60,010 nucleotides of DNA from Gemmatimonadaceae bacterium (GTDB lineage: Bacteria > Gemmatimonadota > Gemmatimonadetes > Gemmatimonadales > Gemmatimonadaceae): positions 1 to 60,010 of the forward strand of contig JBGAJQ010000008.1 in assembly GCA_044224875.1 (NCBI GenBank). The letters are read 5' to 3'. The position numbers and the translations under genes are program-made. Under the pieces are notes generated by a model. The model was not told the origin of the DNA, did not search any database, and saw only the letters and a program-made list of their open reading frames with translations. Of this stretch, positions 48,566 through 60,010 are shown piece after piece (position 1 is the stretch's first letter; each line of letters starts with the position of its first letter).

Positions 48566-49216
48566 ATGAAGATCGGAATCCTCGGTACTGGCATCGTTGG
48601 CCAGACCATCGCTAGCCGTCTGGTGCAACTCACCCACGACGTGATGTTGGGATCTCGCTCAGCGTCGAACGCGGTTGCATCGGCGTGGGTTGCCTCGCAC
48701 CGTGGGCACGCCGCGCATGGGACGTTCGCCGAGGCGGCGGCATTTGGAGAGGTCGTGTTCAACTGCACCGCCGGGGCACAGTCGATGGCGGCGTTGAATC
48801 TGGCGGACGCGGCGACGACCTTGCGCGGTAAGATCCTGGTGGACGTGTCCAACCCCCTCGACTTCTCCAAGGGGATGCCGCCCACGCTCACCGTCTGCAA
48901 CACCGACTCGGTCGCCGAGTCCATCCAGCGCGCATATCCCAACGTACGTGTCGTCAAGACGCTCAACACGGTGAACTGTGAAGTGATGGTCCAGCCGTCC
49001 AAGGTGACCGGGCCCCACACCATGTTTCTCTGTGGCAACGACCCACAGGCAAAGACCCGCGTGACCGACTTCCTCAAGACGTGGTTCCAGTGGGGCGATA
49101 TCCTGGACTTGGGCGACATCACGGCGGCACGCGGGATGGAGATGATGGTCATCCCATGGGTTCGGATCATGCAGGCGTTAGGGCACGCCAACTTCAACTG
49201 GCACGTGCAGCGGTAG
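48566..49216 (+). CDS. NADP-dependent oxidoreductase, F420_oxidored/FNO-like family
   Basis: MKIGILGTGIVG, GKILVDVSNPL, VVKTLNT, DLGDITAARGME. GGAG RBS. Confidence 0.9.
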   Translation: MKIGILGTGIVGQTIASRLVQLTHDVMLGSRSASNAVASAWVASHRGHAAHGTFAEAAAFGEVVFNCTAGAQSMAALNLADAATTLRGKILVDVSNPLDFSKGMPPTLTVCNTDSVAESIQRAYPNVRVVKTLNTVNCEVMVQPSKVTGPHTMFLCGNDPQAKTRVTDFLKTWFQWGDILDLGDITAARGMEMMVIPWVRIMQALGHANFNWHVQR

Positions 49217-49248
49217 GCGCCCGCTCTCCGGTCGCCGCGTCGGGATGA

Positions 49249-50790
<1,542 letters not shown>

Positions 50791-50834
50791 CAGGCCGCCC
50801 ACAACCCGACGGCGTTCTGAAGCTCTGGATGCGC

Positions 50835-50862
50835 GGGGCCGCATTTTCTGGTTTGCGGCCCC
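50835..50862. terminator. Hairpin between convergent tpl and fucosidase genes
   Basis: GGGGCCGCA-N10-TGCGGCCCC perfect 9-bp stem. No clear U tract. Confidence 0.45.
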
Positions 50863-50919
50863 CCTGTCCACCGCATGAACGCCTGGCGTCCCGGCGGCGC
50901 GGCGCGGTCAACGTGTTTC

Positions 50920-52338
50920 CTACCGGGAGATGGTGGGCGCGGCGTCGAAGTCGAGCACAAGCACCGGGTAGAGTTCGCCCGGGGCGCGCTCTGGAAGAGT
51001 GATGCCGATACCACCGGCCGTTCGGCGCACCGGCAGCGCACCCGCCGACGCGTCGGCTAGCAGTGTGACCGCACGGGGGACGTCGCGTAGTCCCGCCAGT
51101 TCAAACTCGCCGGCACGCCAGGGATGGACGAACACGTGCAAACGGTTCCCCTTCTGGGTCACGCGGAAGAGCGCGTCGGCGAAGGGTGTCGCCGTGGTTC
51201 CATAGATCGCGCTGCTGTTGGTCCGCATCCAAGCACCTATGCCTTGCAGCCCCTTCGTGCTCTCCTCTGGCACCCGGCCATCGCCCATTGGGCCAATGTT
51301 AAGCAGGAGGTTGCCCCCCTTCGATGCGGTCTCCACCAGCAGTCCAACCAGCTGTGATACGCTCTTGAAGTCGTGGTCGAACTTGGAGTAGCCCCAGTTG
51401 TGGTTCATGGTCATGCAGGACTCCCAGTCAACGCCGGGGAGGCCGGTCGCGGGCACCTCGAGTTCAGGCGTACTGAAGTCCCCGGCCCGTCCGCGACCCA
51501 GCATCGTGTCCGTACCGCCCTCGACTTTCACATCGACGCGGTTGTTCACGATCACTGGCGGCTGCAACGCGAGACAATGGTCGTACACCGACTGACCGAG
51601 CGTGTGGTTCCACGTCGGTTCCCACTGGCCATCGAACCACATCACGGCGATGTCGCCGTACCTGGTCAGCAGCTCGCGCACCTGCGCGCGCACGAAGGCG
51701 ACATAGCGCGCAAAGTCCGCACCCGTGGCGCTGCGGGCCTCCCAGTCCCGCCGTGGCAGGTAGTCCGGGTGATACCAGTCCATGATCGAGTAGTACCAGC
51801 CGAGGCGCAGGCCGTGGCGGCGACAGGCGCGGGCAAAGTCGCGCATGATGTCGCGCCGGTATGGCGTGGCCATGACGTCGTAGGTCGTCGCCGCGGAATC
51901 GAAGAGCGAGAACCCCTCGTGATGCTTGGTGGTGACGACGATGTACTTTTGCCCCGCCTCCTTGGCCAAGCGAACGATCGCATCGGCATCCAGGTGCGTG
52001 GGATTGAATGTGCGAGCGAGCTGGATGTACTCGTCGTGTGGGATCTTGGCGTTGTTCCGGATCCACTCGTGCGACCCCGTTTCCTTCCCCTTCCACTCTC
52101 CGCCTAACGTGGAATAGAGTCCGAAGTGTACGAACATGCCAAAGCGTGCGTCGCGCCACCACGCCATGCGATCTGCACTGGCATCCGTCGCAATCCCACG
52201 GATTGCCTCGGGAGCACCATCTGCGCCAGCGCTATCGGGGCGGCGCCCCGGCAGAACACCGCTGGGGTCGAGTCCGGGCCAGAGCGCCAGCGAACCGGTT
52301 CCAGCTCCAACGCTGCGAAGGAAGTCACGTCGCTTCAC
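50920..52338 (-). CDS. Alpha-L-fucosidase (GH29), Tat-exported
   Basis: Tat motif KRRDFL, WWRDARFGMFVHFG, TTKHHEGF, WFDG (nucleophile Asp), NNR, WESCMT, GGNLLLNIGP. Confidence 0.95.
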   Translation of the reverse strand: MKRRDFLRSVGAGTGSLALWPGLDPSGVLPGRRPDSAGADGAPEAIRGIATDASADRMAWWRDARFGMFVHFGLYSTLGGEWKGKETGSHEWIRNNAKIPHDEYIQLARTFNPTHLDADAIVRLAKEAGQKYIVVTTKHHEGFSLFDSAATTYDVMATPYRRDIMRDFARACRRHGLRLGWYYSIMDWYHPDYLPRRDWEARSATGADFARYVAFVRAQVRELLTRYGDIAVMWFDGQWEPTWNHTLGQSVYDHCLALQPPVIVNNRVDVKVEGGTDTMLGRGRAGDFSTPELEVPATGLPGVDWESCMTMNHNWGYSKFDHDFKSVSQLVGLLVETASKGGNLLLNIGPMGDGRVPEESTKGLQGIGAWMRTNSSAIYGTTATPFADALFRVTQKGNRLHVFVHPWRAGEFELAGLRDVPRAVTLLADASAGALPVRRTAGGIGITLPERAPGELYPVLVLDFDAAPTISR

Positions 52339-52420
52339 GTTTGGCTTCGAAAGGGTGTACCGAGGGCTGCCGGTGGCATCCGGCCAAGCGCCCAGCCTCG
52401 CCGGGATCAGGCGCGCGCGA

Positions 52421-53488
52421 CTAGCAGATGCGCGGGAGCTGCTCCCCAATCTGCATCGTGATCACACGCGTCGCACCGATCCCGGTTCGCGCCACCAGCA
52501 AGCCAGGGTGGGCATCGGTCACCGCACCGATCCGCGCCGCGCTCTGACCGAGAGGATGTGCCCGCATCACGGCAAGCACGGCGTCCGCTACTTCGGGATC
52601 GACCAAGGCCAGGAGCTTGCCTTCGTTGGCCACAAAGAAGGGATCGAGCCCGAGGAGTTCGCAGGCCGAACGGACCTCGGAGCGTACCGGAACGTCCTGC
52701 TCACGAATCACGATGCCGACCTTGGCCTGCGCCGCGATCTCATTCAAGGAAGACGCCAACCCTCCGCGGGTTGGGTCGCGCAATGTGTGGATGCCGTCGG
52801 GGGCGGCATCCAGCATGGCATCGACCAACCCGTTGAGGGCGGCGCAGTCGGACACGATCTCCGATTCGAAGGACAGCCCTTCCCGCACACTCATGATGGC
52901 CATGCCGTGGTCGCCTAACGTCCCACTGCACAGCACCACGTCGCCGGGCCGGGCGCGACCCGGATTCACGTCGGAGCCCTCACGCACTACGCCGATGCCC
53001 GCGGTGTTGATGTAGATCCCATCCCCATGCCCCCGCTCCACGACCTTCGTGTCGCCAGTCACGATGGTGACGCCCGCCAAGCGGGCCGCCAAAGCCATGT
53101 CGCTCGCCACGCGCGCCAGCGACGCCATCGGAAAGCCCTCTTCCAGGATGAACCCGGCGCTCAGGTACAACGGACGCGCACCACTCAGGGCGATGTCGTT
53201 GACCGTGCCGTTCACCGCCAGCGACCCGAGGCTCCCCCCCGGAAAGACGTGCGGCCGCACGACGAAGGAATCAGTCGAGTAAGCCAGTCGCCCAGCCGGA
53301 ACGCTGAGTACCGCGGAGTCCGTGAGCCGGTCGAGCACCGCGTTCGTGAAGGCCGGCTTGAAGATGTGCTCGACCAGGTCGGCGCTGAGGGTCCCGCCCC
53401 CACCGTGACCCATCACGATATTCGGGTAGTCCCGCAACGGCAGCGGGCACGCCCAAGCGTCGGCGTCGATGCTGGCGACTGGCGTCAT
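52421..53488 (-). CDS. hypE: Hydrogenase maturation carbamoyl dehydratase HypE
   Basis: GHGGGG, TDSFVV.P, VTGDTKVV, RDPTRGG, ANEG, C-terminal LPRIC. Confidence 0.97.
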   Translation of the reverse strand: MTPVASIDADAWACPLPLRDYPNIVMGHGGGGTLSADLVEHIFKPAFTNAVLDRLTDSAVLSVPAGRLAYSTDSFVVRPHVFPGGSLGSLAVNGTVNDIALSGARPLYLSAGFILEEGFPMASLARVASDMALAARLAGVTIVTGDTKVVERGHGDGIYINTAGIGVVREGSDVNPGRARPGDVVLCSGTLGDHGMAIMSVREGLSFESEIVSDCAALNGLVDAMLDAAPDGIHTLRDPTRGGLASSLNEIAAQAKVGIVIREQDVPVRSEVRSACELLGLDPFFVANEGKLLALVDPEVADAVLAVMRAHPLGQSAARIGAVTDAHPGLLVARTGIGATRVITMQIGEQLPRIC

Positions 53489-53489
53489 G

Positions 53490-54599
53490 TCAGGTCGTCG
53501 CCTTGTCGAGCGTGACCAGTCGCCCGTAGTTGTAGTACGCCGCGCACGCCCCTTCGCTGGATACCATCGTCGCGCCTAAAGGGGTGCGTGGCGTGCACGC
53601 GGTACCAAACGCCGGGCAGGCACTGGGCTTGATGGCGCCCTGTAGAACCTCACCGCTATGGCACAGCGGCGACTCCACCGTGCGAATATCCCCGACGTCA
53701 AATCGCGATTCGGCGTCAAACTCTCGATAGGCATCCGAGAGCCGCCATCCGCTGGCGGGGATTACCCCAATGCCGCGCCACGCACGGTCCGTGGTGGTGA
53801 ATACCTCCTCCAACAGCGCCTGCGCCGGACGATTCCCGTCGAAGGTCACGACCCGCGCGTACGCATTCTCCACGCGCGCCTCACCACGTTCGAGCTGATG
53901 GACGGCCAGTCGGATCCCCTCCAGCACGTCCAGCGGTTCAAACCCCGTGATGACAATCGGCACATGGTATCGCGATGCAAGCGGCGGATACTGCCAGAAC
54001 CCCATGACGCTGCACACGTGTCCCGCGGCCAGGAATGCCTGCACGCGATTGGACGGCGCCTCCATGATCGCACTGATGGCCGGCGGTACCAGAACGTGCG
54101 ACACCAGCATTGAGAAGTTCTTCAACCCTTCACGCTTGGCCACGTGAACCGCCATCGCATTGGCGGGCGCCGTCGTCTCAAACCCAATGCCAAAGAAGAC
54201 CACGTCACGAGTGGGATTCTCACGGGCAATCTTCACCGCATCCAGCGGCGAGTACACGATGCGAACGTCCCCTCCGTCGCTCTTCACGCGAAACAAGTCG
54301 CGATCCGACCCCGGCACCCGCAACATGTCGCCAAACGATGTGAAGATCACGCCAGGCCGAGCCGCGATGGCCAACGCCTTGTCGATCACTTCGAGCGGTG
54401 TGACGCAGACCGGACATCCCGGCCCGTGAATCAGCTCAATCTCCCTCGGTAGCAGCTGATCGATGCCGTTGCGGAGGATGCTGTGCGTCTGCCCGCCACA
54501 CACCTCCATCAGCGACCACGGTCGCGTGGTCACCTGGTGAATCTCGGCGGCGATGCGTTGAGCAATCTCGCCATTCCGAAACTCCGTCAGATACTTCAT
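53490..54599 (-). CDS. hypD: Hydrogenase maturation protein HypD
   Basis: [30 protein letters not shown]-terminal Fe-S Cys and [12 protein letters not shown]. Confidence 0.97.
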   Translation of the reverse strand: MKYLTEFRNGEIAQRIAAEIHQVTTRPWSLMEVCGGQTHSILRNGIDQLLPREIELIHGPGCPVCVTPLEVIDKALAIAARPGVIFTSFGDMLRVPGSDRDLFRVKSDGGDVRIVYSPLDAVKIARENPTRDVVFFGIGFETTAPANAMAVHVAKREGLKNFSMLVSHVLVPPAISAIMEAPSNRVQAFLAAGHVCSVMGFWQYPPLASRYHVPIVITGFEPLDVLEGIRLAVHQLERGEARVENAYARVVTFDGNRPAQALLEEVFTTTDRAWRGIGVIPASGWRLSDAYREFDAESRFDVGDIRTVESPLCHSGEVLQGAIKPSACPAFGTACTPRTPLGATMVSSEGACAAYYNYGRLVTLDKATT

Positions 54600-54889
54600 G
54601 GAAGAACCGGGCAGCTCTCTGGGCCGCGGTACTGCTCGGGCGGTGCCTCGCCCAGCTCTTCCTCGAGCACGCCCAGCTCTCGGAAGTGCCGCAGCGATTC
54701 CTGGGCCGACGCCTCATCGATCAAGCTGATGGCGAACCCCACGTGGACGATCGCGTAGTCACCGACGTTGGCCTCGGGGACATACGCGAGGCAGGCCTCC
54801 TTTTGGATGCCGCCAAAGTCTAGGCGACCCATCTTGATGCCGCCGGCATCGTGGATGTCGATGATTCGTCCTGGGACCGCGAGGCACAT
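54596..54889 (-). CDS. hypC: Hydrogenase maturation chaperone HypC
   Basis: MCLAVPG and VHVGFAI. Confidence 0.97.
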   Translation of the reverse strand: MCLAVPGRIIDIHDAGGIKMGRLDFGGIQKEACLAYVPEANVGDYAIVHVGFAISLIDEASAQESLRHFRELGVLEEELGEAPPEQYRGPESCPVLP

Positions 54890-55106
54890 GCGCGAGATCC
54901 GGAATAGGTGTAGACGGGACGGACGATTTTAGAATGCCGACGCGGCGCCCGCCTTGGCGTACGAGACTACCCGGCGAGTGATAGGGGGAAAGAGGACACA
55001 AGGCGAGGCGGACGGGACCGGATGGCGGAGTAACGAATGGAACCGGATACGCAGCAAGGCCGTCGGCGCTGCACTGGTAGCAGCAGGCGCCGAGCACACC
55101 AGGGAT

Positions 55107-55778
55107 TCACTTCGCTTTGGCTGCTCGCCGGCGTTGGGCGAGGAGGGCGTACCACGCGTCCATCCCCTCGCCTGACTTAGCGGAGACCTCGAGGATCTCC
55201 ATGCCGGGGCGCACGTCCCTGATGGCCTGGTGGGCGGCGGCCCGATCGAATTCGCAGGCTGCGGCCAAGTCGATCTTGGTGATGATGGCGACGTCCGCCG
55301 AGTTGAACATCGTCGGGTATTTGAGCGGCTTGTCTTCGCCCTCGGTGACGGAAAGGAGGACGGCTCGCATGGCCTCGCCGAGGTCATACGATGAGGGACA
55401 GACGAGATTGCCGACGTTTTCGATGAAGAGGTAGTCGAGCTCCGGCAGCTCGAACATCTGGAGCTCGCTCCCGATATTCTCGGCTTCCAGATGGCAGCGA
55501 CCGTGCGTGTTTACCTGTCGTACTGGCGCCCCACTTCGCGCCAGGCGTTTGGCGTCATTGTCTGTCTCCAGGTCACCGACGATGGCTGCGGCGCGGTCGC
55601 CATGCTGTCGCAGGTGCGTGAGCGTGCGCTCGAGGAACGCCGTCTTCCCCGTCCCCGGGCTGGAGACGAGGTTCACGACGAAGACGCCGGCTTGTTCGAA
55701 CGTGCGACGCAGCCCTCGCGCCAGTTCGTCGTTCTTCTTGAGGATGCCGGCCCGCACCTCGACGATTCGCGTGGTCAT
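55107..55778 (-). CDS. hypB: Hydrogenase nickel incorporation GTPase HypB
   Basis: SSPGTGKT, CHLEA, ENVGNLVCP, TEGEDKPLKYP, TKID. ATGA overlap with hypA. Confidence 0.97.
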   Translation of the reverse strand: MTTRIVEVRAGILKKNDELARGLRRTFEQAGVFVVNLVSSPGTGKTAFLERTLTHLRQHGDRAAAIVGDLETDNDAKRLARSGAPVRQVNTHGRCHLEAENIGSELQMFELPELDYLFIENVGNLVCPSSYDLGEAMRAVLLSVTEGEDKPLKYPTMFNSADVAIITKIDLAAACEFDRAAAHQAIRDVRPGMEILEVSAKSGEGMDAWYALLAQRRRAAKAK

Positions 55779-56128
55779 TCTTCGATCTCCAACGAAGTCA
55801 CTTGCAGCTCCTTGCCCTGGCGGATAATTCCGCAAATGTCATCGCAAACCGGGCAATGCATGAAGTTCACGGCGGGGAGTTCCAGATCGCGCTGGCAGCG
55901 GTCACACCAGACGATGACCGGAAGCTCTTCGATTTCGAGGCGCGCGCCTTCGAGCGGCGTCCCTTGTGTCACCACGTCGAACGAAAACCGCAGGGCATCG
56001 GCGTCCACGCCCGCCAGCCGACCGATGCGCACGTTCACGGCGGTCACCTGCGGGGAGGGGGACTGGATCCGTCCCGCGGTTTCCAACGCAACATCGACGA
56101 TACTGGTGGCGATCGAGAGTTCGTGCAT
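55775..56128 (-). CDS. hypA: Hydrogenase nickel metallochaperone HypA
   Basis: MHELSIA, CDRC...CPVC, GKEL. Confidence 0.97.
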   Translation of the reverse strand: MHELSIATSIVDVALETAGRIQSPSPQVTAVNVRIGRLAGVDADALRFSFDVVTQGTPLEGARLEIEELPVIVWCDRCQRDLELPAVNFMHCPVCDDICGIIRQGKELQVTSLEIEE

Positions 56129-56374
56129 CAGGGCTCATGGCCGGTTGCGCCCTAAGCCTTGAGCGCGACCGACGGGAAGTCCAGTGGGAACTCCCCGATA
56201 GGGCGCGAGGGGTGCCACTCGACCCTCGGCCGCGCATCTTTTGAGGATGCCACGCAATACCATATCCGCGAAGGCGTTTCCGGTGCCGCATGACCGCAGG
56301 GTCGATCGCAGCGCCGCGAATTCCTACGGTAGGTGTTGTCTCCCAGAATTGCGGTCGTCCGTGCTGACCACCTC

Positions 56375-58678
56375 GTGACATCGATCGTTAGGTACTCGGT
56401 GCGCGTGACCGGCATCGTGCAAGGGGTGGGCTTTCGGCCCTTTGTGTTTGCCTTAGCCGAGCGTTGCCGTGTGAGTGGGTTTGTAGGGAACGACGGGGCC
56501 GGCGTCTTCGCCGAGGTGGAGGGGTCGGAGGAATCGTGCCGGACGTTCCTGCGCGCATTGCGGGACGATGCGCCTCCCCTAGCCATGGTGGAGGAGGTGC
56601 AGAGCCATCAAATCGCGACGACTGGGGGGGCGGGGTTTGCGATCGTTTCCAGCGGTGCCCCGAATCGGCAGATCACCCCGGTATCGCCAGACGTCGCCAC
56701 CTGCGACGCGTGTCTGCGGGAGTTCAACGACCCATCGGACCGGCGCTATCGGTATCCCTTCATCAATTGCACCAACTGCGGTCCACGATTCACGATCATC
56801 CGCGACTTGCCCTACGACCGTCCCTTCACGACGATGTCGTCGTTTCGCATGTGCGCCGCATGCGACGCCGAGTACCACGATCCGCACTCCCGACGGTTTC
56901 ACGCCCAGCCGAATGCCTGCCCGGCCTGCGGTCCCCGCTTGTCGTTTGAGCTGTCGGGCACCGGGCCAGTAACGGCTTTGGATGGTGAAGCGGCCCTGGG
57001 GGCGGCGCTCGGCGTGCTGTCTCGGGGCGGCATTCTCGCCGTCAAGGGCGTTGGCGGCTTTCACCTGGCGTGCGAGGCCACATCCGTTGCAGCCGTGCGG
57101 GTGCTGCGGGAACGCAAGGGGCGCCGTGACAAGCCCTTTGCGGTGATGGCGGCCGATCTGCCGACAGTGCGCCGTTTCGCCGCGGTCACACCGGACGAGG
57201 AGGTGCTGTTAGGCAGTGCCCAACGCCCCATCGTGCTGTTGGCGCGACGGGCCGATCCATCACTCGACCTCGTTCGCGAGGTGGCACCCGGACAGTCGAC
57301 GATCGGCGTCATGCTCCCGTATGCGCCATTGCACGCGCTGCTCGTGGCCAATGGGCCGCTGGTGATGACATCGGGGAACCTGAGTGAGGAACCTATCGCC
57401 CGCGACAATGACGAGGCGCGTGCGCGACTGCAGACGCTGGCCGATGCGTTCCTGATGCATGACCGGGGAATCCATGTCGTGTGCGATGACTCGGTGGTGC
57501 GAGTCGTCGACCATGCCGAGGTGCCGCTTCGGCGCTCGCGCGGCTACGCTCCATTTCCGGTGCAGCTGCCGACAGTCGTGCCGATGGTGCTGGCCGTTGG
57601 AGCTGAACTCAAGGCGACGGCCTGTGTGACGCGCGATCGGTACGCGATCCTGTCGCAACACATCGGCGACCTGGGCAATTTGGAGACCCTGCTGGCCATG
57701 GAGCACGCCGCCGAGCATCTGCTCAGGCTCTTTCGCATCACGCCGGACCGCGTGGCCTGCGACCTTCACCCTGGGTATGAATCCACGCGTTGGGGCGAGC
57801 GCTGGGCAGGACGCCATGCGGTGCCGGTGATCCGCGTGCAGCACCATCACGCGCATTTGGCGGCGCTAATGGCGGAGCATGGTGAAGCTGGCGACCGACC
57901 GATCCTGGCCTTTGCGTTTGATGGCACCGGCTATGGCACCGACGGCACCATCTGGGGGGGCGAGGTGTTGCTGGGCGACTATCGCTCGTTCCAGCGGGTG
58001 GCCCACCTTGGGGCCACGCCCTTGCCCGGGGGAGATGCCGGTGTTCGGAATCCCGCGCGCATCGCGCTCGCCCAGTTGCGCGCGGCCGGTGTGGAGTGGA
58101 GCGAAGAGCTGCCCTGTGTGCAAGCCGTGACGCCGGATCACCGGCGTGTGCTGGGGATCCAGCTGGAGCGCGGACTGAATTGCGTCGATACCACCTCGAT
58201 GGGTCGGTTTCTTGACGCGGCGTCCTCGCTGGCCGGCGTGCGGCACGTGGTCTCCTACGAAGGCCAGGCGGCGATCGAACTGGAGGCGCTGGCACGCTCG
58301 GCCGGGTCACTGCAGCACTACAAGTTTGACCTGACGGCTGAGGGCCACGCTCCCATTGTATTCGATGGCGGGAGCGTGCTCCGTGCCGTTGCGGCCGACA
58401 TCGCGAATGGCGTTGACGCAGCCAGCGTGTCGCGTGGCATACACGAGGCAGTGGCCGATGCGATCGCGGTGCTCGCCGAGCGGCTCACGAGAGTGCATGG
58501 CTCGGTGCCCATCGGGCTGACTGGCGGCGTGTTTCAGAACGCGCTGCTGCTGTCGCTCGCGCGCCGGCGATTGGAAGCGGCGGGACACCGCGTGTTAACC
58601 CATCGCATGACGCCGCCCAACGACGGGGGGATTGCCCTGGGTCAGGCAATGGTCGCGGCACACTCGCCGCTGCGCTGA
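56375..58678 (+). CDS. hypF: Carbamoyltransferase HypF
   Basis: GIVQGVGFRPF, zinc fingers CDAC/CTNC/CAAC/CPAC, KGVGGFHL, QHHHAH, DGTGYG, PPNDGGIALGQ. Confidence 0.97.
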   Translation: MTSIVRYSVRVTGIVQGVGFRPFVFALAERCRVSGFVGNDGAGVFAEVEGSEESCRTFLRALRDDAPPLAMVEEVQSHQIATTGGAGFAIVSSGAPNRQITPVSPDVATCDACLREFNDPSDRRYRYPFINCTNCGPRFTIIRDLPYDRPFTTMSSFRMCAACDAEYHDPHSRRFHAQPNACPACGPRLSFELSGTGPVTALDGEAALGAALGVLSRGGILAVKGVGGFHLACEATSVAAVRVLRERKGRRDKPFAVMAADLPTVRRFAAVTPDEEVLLGSAQRPIVLLARRADPSLDLVREVAPGQSTIGVMLPYAPLHALLVANGPLVMTSGNLSEEPIARDNDEARARLQTLADAFLMHDRGIHVVCDDSVVRVVDHAEVPLRRSRGYAPFPVQLPTVVPMVLAVGAELKATACVTRDRYAILSQHIGDLGNLETLLAMEHAAEHLLRLFRITPDRVACDLHPGYESTRWGERWAGRHAVPVIRVQHHHAHLAALMAEHGEAGDRPILAFAFDGTGYGTDGTIWGGEVLLGDYRSFQRVAHLGATPLPGGDAGVRNPARIALAQLRAAGVEWSEELPCVQAVTPDHRRVLGIQLERGLNCVDTTSMGRFLDAASSLAGVRHVVSYEGQAAIELEALARSAGSLQHYKFDLTAEGHAPIVFDGGSVLRAVAADIANGVDAASVSRGIHEAVADAIAVLAERLTRVHGSVPIGLTGGVFQNALLLSLARRRLEAAGHRVLTHRMTPPNDGGIALGQAMVAAHSPLR

Positions 58679-58924
58679 CGACGCCGGGCGGCGAACCCGC
58701 GTCCTATCCCACACCGTCGGCCCGGACCGACCGAGCGCTGCGGGGCCCGATGGTGGCTCATCCGACACGTGGCGCCTCGCGCCAATTCCGCGGCCGAACC
58801 ACTCAAACCCGAACGAATGACACGATTCGACCGGCTTTTGCGCTATTCGTAGGGAGGGCGAAGGGCGGTCGTTCCTCGTGAGTCCACTTGGCACTCACGC
58901 AACTCACCATCGACAGGGGGAAAC

Positions 58925-59479
58925 ATGGTCCGGGGATTCAATGTGACGGCAGTCGTCGCGGCGCTCGCGCTCATTGCCGCACCAGCGGCGGCCCAGAAGA
59001 GCGGCGGATCGGCCGCATATGCGCCGGGATACACCGACATCGGCCCGGTGATCGGCTTCGGAAACCTTGGAAGTGCCAACATGGCTATCGGTGGCCGTTT
59101 CGAGCATGCGATCAAGGCCCTTCCCGACCTTGGGGATGGCGTGCTGGGCATCGAGGTCTCTGCCGACTACTACCACTGGTCGAACGTGTACGCCGGCACG
59201 GACTACGGATTCACCTACATCCCGTTCGGCGTCACGGCGAACTACCACTTCAAGGTGACGAGCAATCCGAAGTTGGACCCATTTGTAGGACTGGGTCTTG
59301 GGTATCAATCGGTCAGCACGAAGTACGGTGGTACGTACGACGCCAGCGCCACCTACTTCATTGGTCGAGCCGGTCTTCGCTACTTCTGGAAGCCGAAGAT
59401 GGCGTTCTACGGTGATGTTGGTGCCGGTGCTGCCACGCTGAGCGCGGGCCTCATGTTCGGGTTGGGAGGGGGAAAGTAG
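58925..59479 (+). CDS. Small outer-membrane beta-barrel protein
   Basis: Signal peptide ending AAAQ, alternating aromatic/Gly beta-strands (ANYHF, DPFVGLGLGY, AGLRYF), AGGGGG RBS. Confidence 0.85.
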   Translation: MVRGFNVTAVVAALALIAAPAAAQKSGGSAAYAPGYTDIGPVIGFGNLGSANMAIGGRFEHAIKALPDLGDGVLGIEVSADYYHWSNVYAGTDYGFTYIPFGVTANYHFKVTSNPKLDPFVGLGLGYQSVSTKYGGTYDASATYFIGRAGLRYFWKPKMAFYGDVGAGAATLSAGLMFGLGGGK

Positions 59480-59529
59480 GGCTGTCTAGCGCGGAGTGGG
59501 GACGGGTGGTGCGCTAGCAGCTTGGGGGA

Positions 59530-59575
59530 ACGTGCGGGGCGGCTCAGTTCGAGCTCAGCCCCGCACGTCGCGTTT
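59530..59575 (+). terminator. Terminator-like hairpin after the beta-barrel gene
   Basis: ACGTGCGGGGC / GCCCCGCACGT 11-bp perfect stem (59530-59568) followed by CGCGTTT. Confidence 0.5.
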
Positions 59576-60010
59576 AGCTATCGGTGAGGGCGCCGACCAT
59601 TGGCTCGGTGAGTTACGAAGCTTCGAGACCCGACGCTGGCGGCCCGATACTGCGTCTCCCGTCCAACCCATCAGCACCTGCAGGTCATAGCAAGGCGGTA
59701 CTCCGCGACCGTCATTTGCCCTGCGCACCGCGTCGTGCTTTCCCCGACAGAGGTGGCGCCCTTACCTCTCGCCGGGCATTGAGGCCGGCGCCGAACTTCG
59801 GGTGTCGGCCTTCGCTGTGGTTCTCACGTGGGCCGAGTCGAACGCCGGTTCGCCGGCAAGGCGGTCACGATGCAAGGCACACTCCAAGGCGCGATTCATA
59901 CCTCCCCAGAGTCCGGGGTGACCGGAAGCTCAGGAAGCACGAGGGCCGGCGCCAGTCAATCTCGTCTCACTGCGTGGGTCGCCCTGCAGGAGCTCCCCAA
60001 GCACCTCGCT

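Noticed and set aside
54967..55110. 47-codon minus-strand ORF overlapping the hypB stop (GTGA) in the hypB-hypC gap
   Set aside because: No recognisable motif and atypical codon usage, so it cannot be supported as a gene.
58885..58910. Possible sigma-54 promoter (TTGGCAC) upstream of the beta-barrel gene
   Set aside because: No GC at the required -12 spacing. Similar partial matches before osmC and DUF2231 also fail on spacing.

Overview
A GC-rich (roughly two-thirds G+C by eye) bacterial chromosomal segment. The gene repertoire suggests Gemmatimonadota (inference only). It holds about 50 mostly ordinary genes: an NtrC-type two-component pair, osmC, GNAT, PLP aminotransferase, MFS, a double kelch-propeller lipoprotein, a diheme plus octaheme/TPR cytochrome pair, a TonB-dependent receptor, an exosortase/EpsI/VanZ locus, a Gfo/Idh/MocA-DUF885-peptide ABC locus with displaced permeases, a GMC oxidoreductase pair, a TctC-TctB fusion with TctA divergent from matB/matC-like genes, a BlaI/M56/DUF2723 module, tyrosine phenol-lyase, a GH29 fucosidase and a full hypABCDE+hypF set with no hydrogenase structural genes. 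I found no rRNA, tRNA, CRISPR array or mobile element. Two signals are not explained by the ORF track. (1) A MerB-like organometal lyase (6042-6722) is split by an in-frame TGA at the second catalytic Cys position, followed by a SECIS-like hairpin, so it is a probable selenoprotein. (2) The non-palindromic motif (C)GTTAGGC is strongly over-represented and dispersed: 35 heptamer copies by manual count, on both strands and in several reading frames, often imposing rare codons. Candidate operators for the BlaI and membrane-LuxR modules are also visible.
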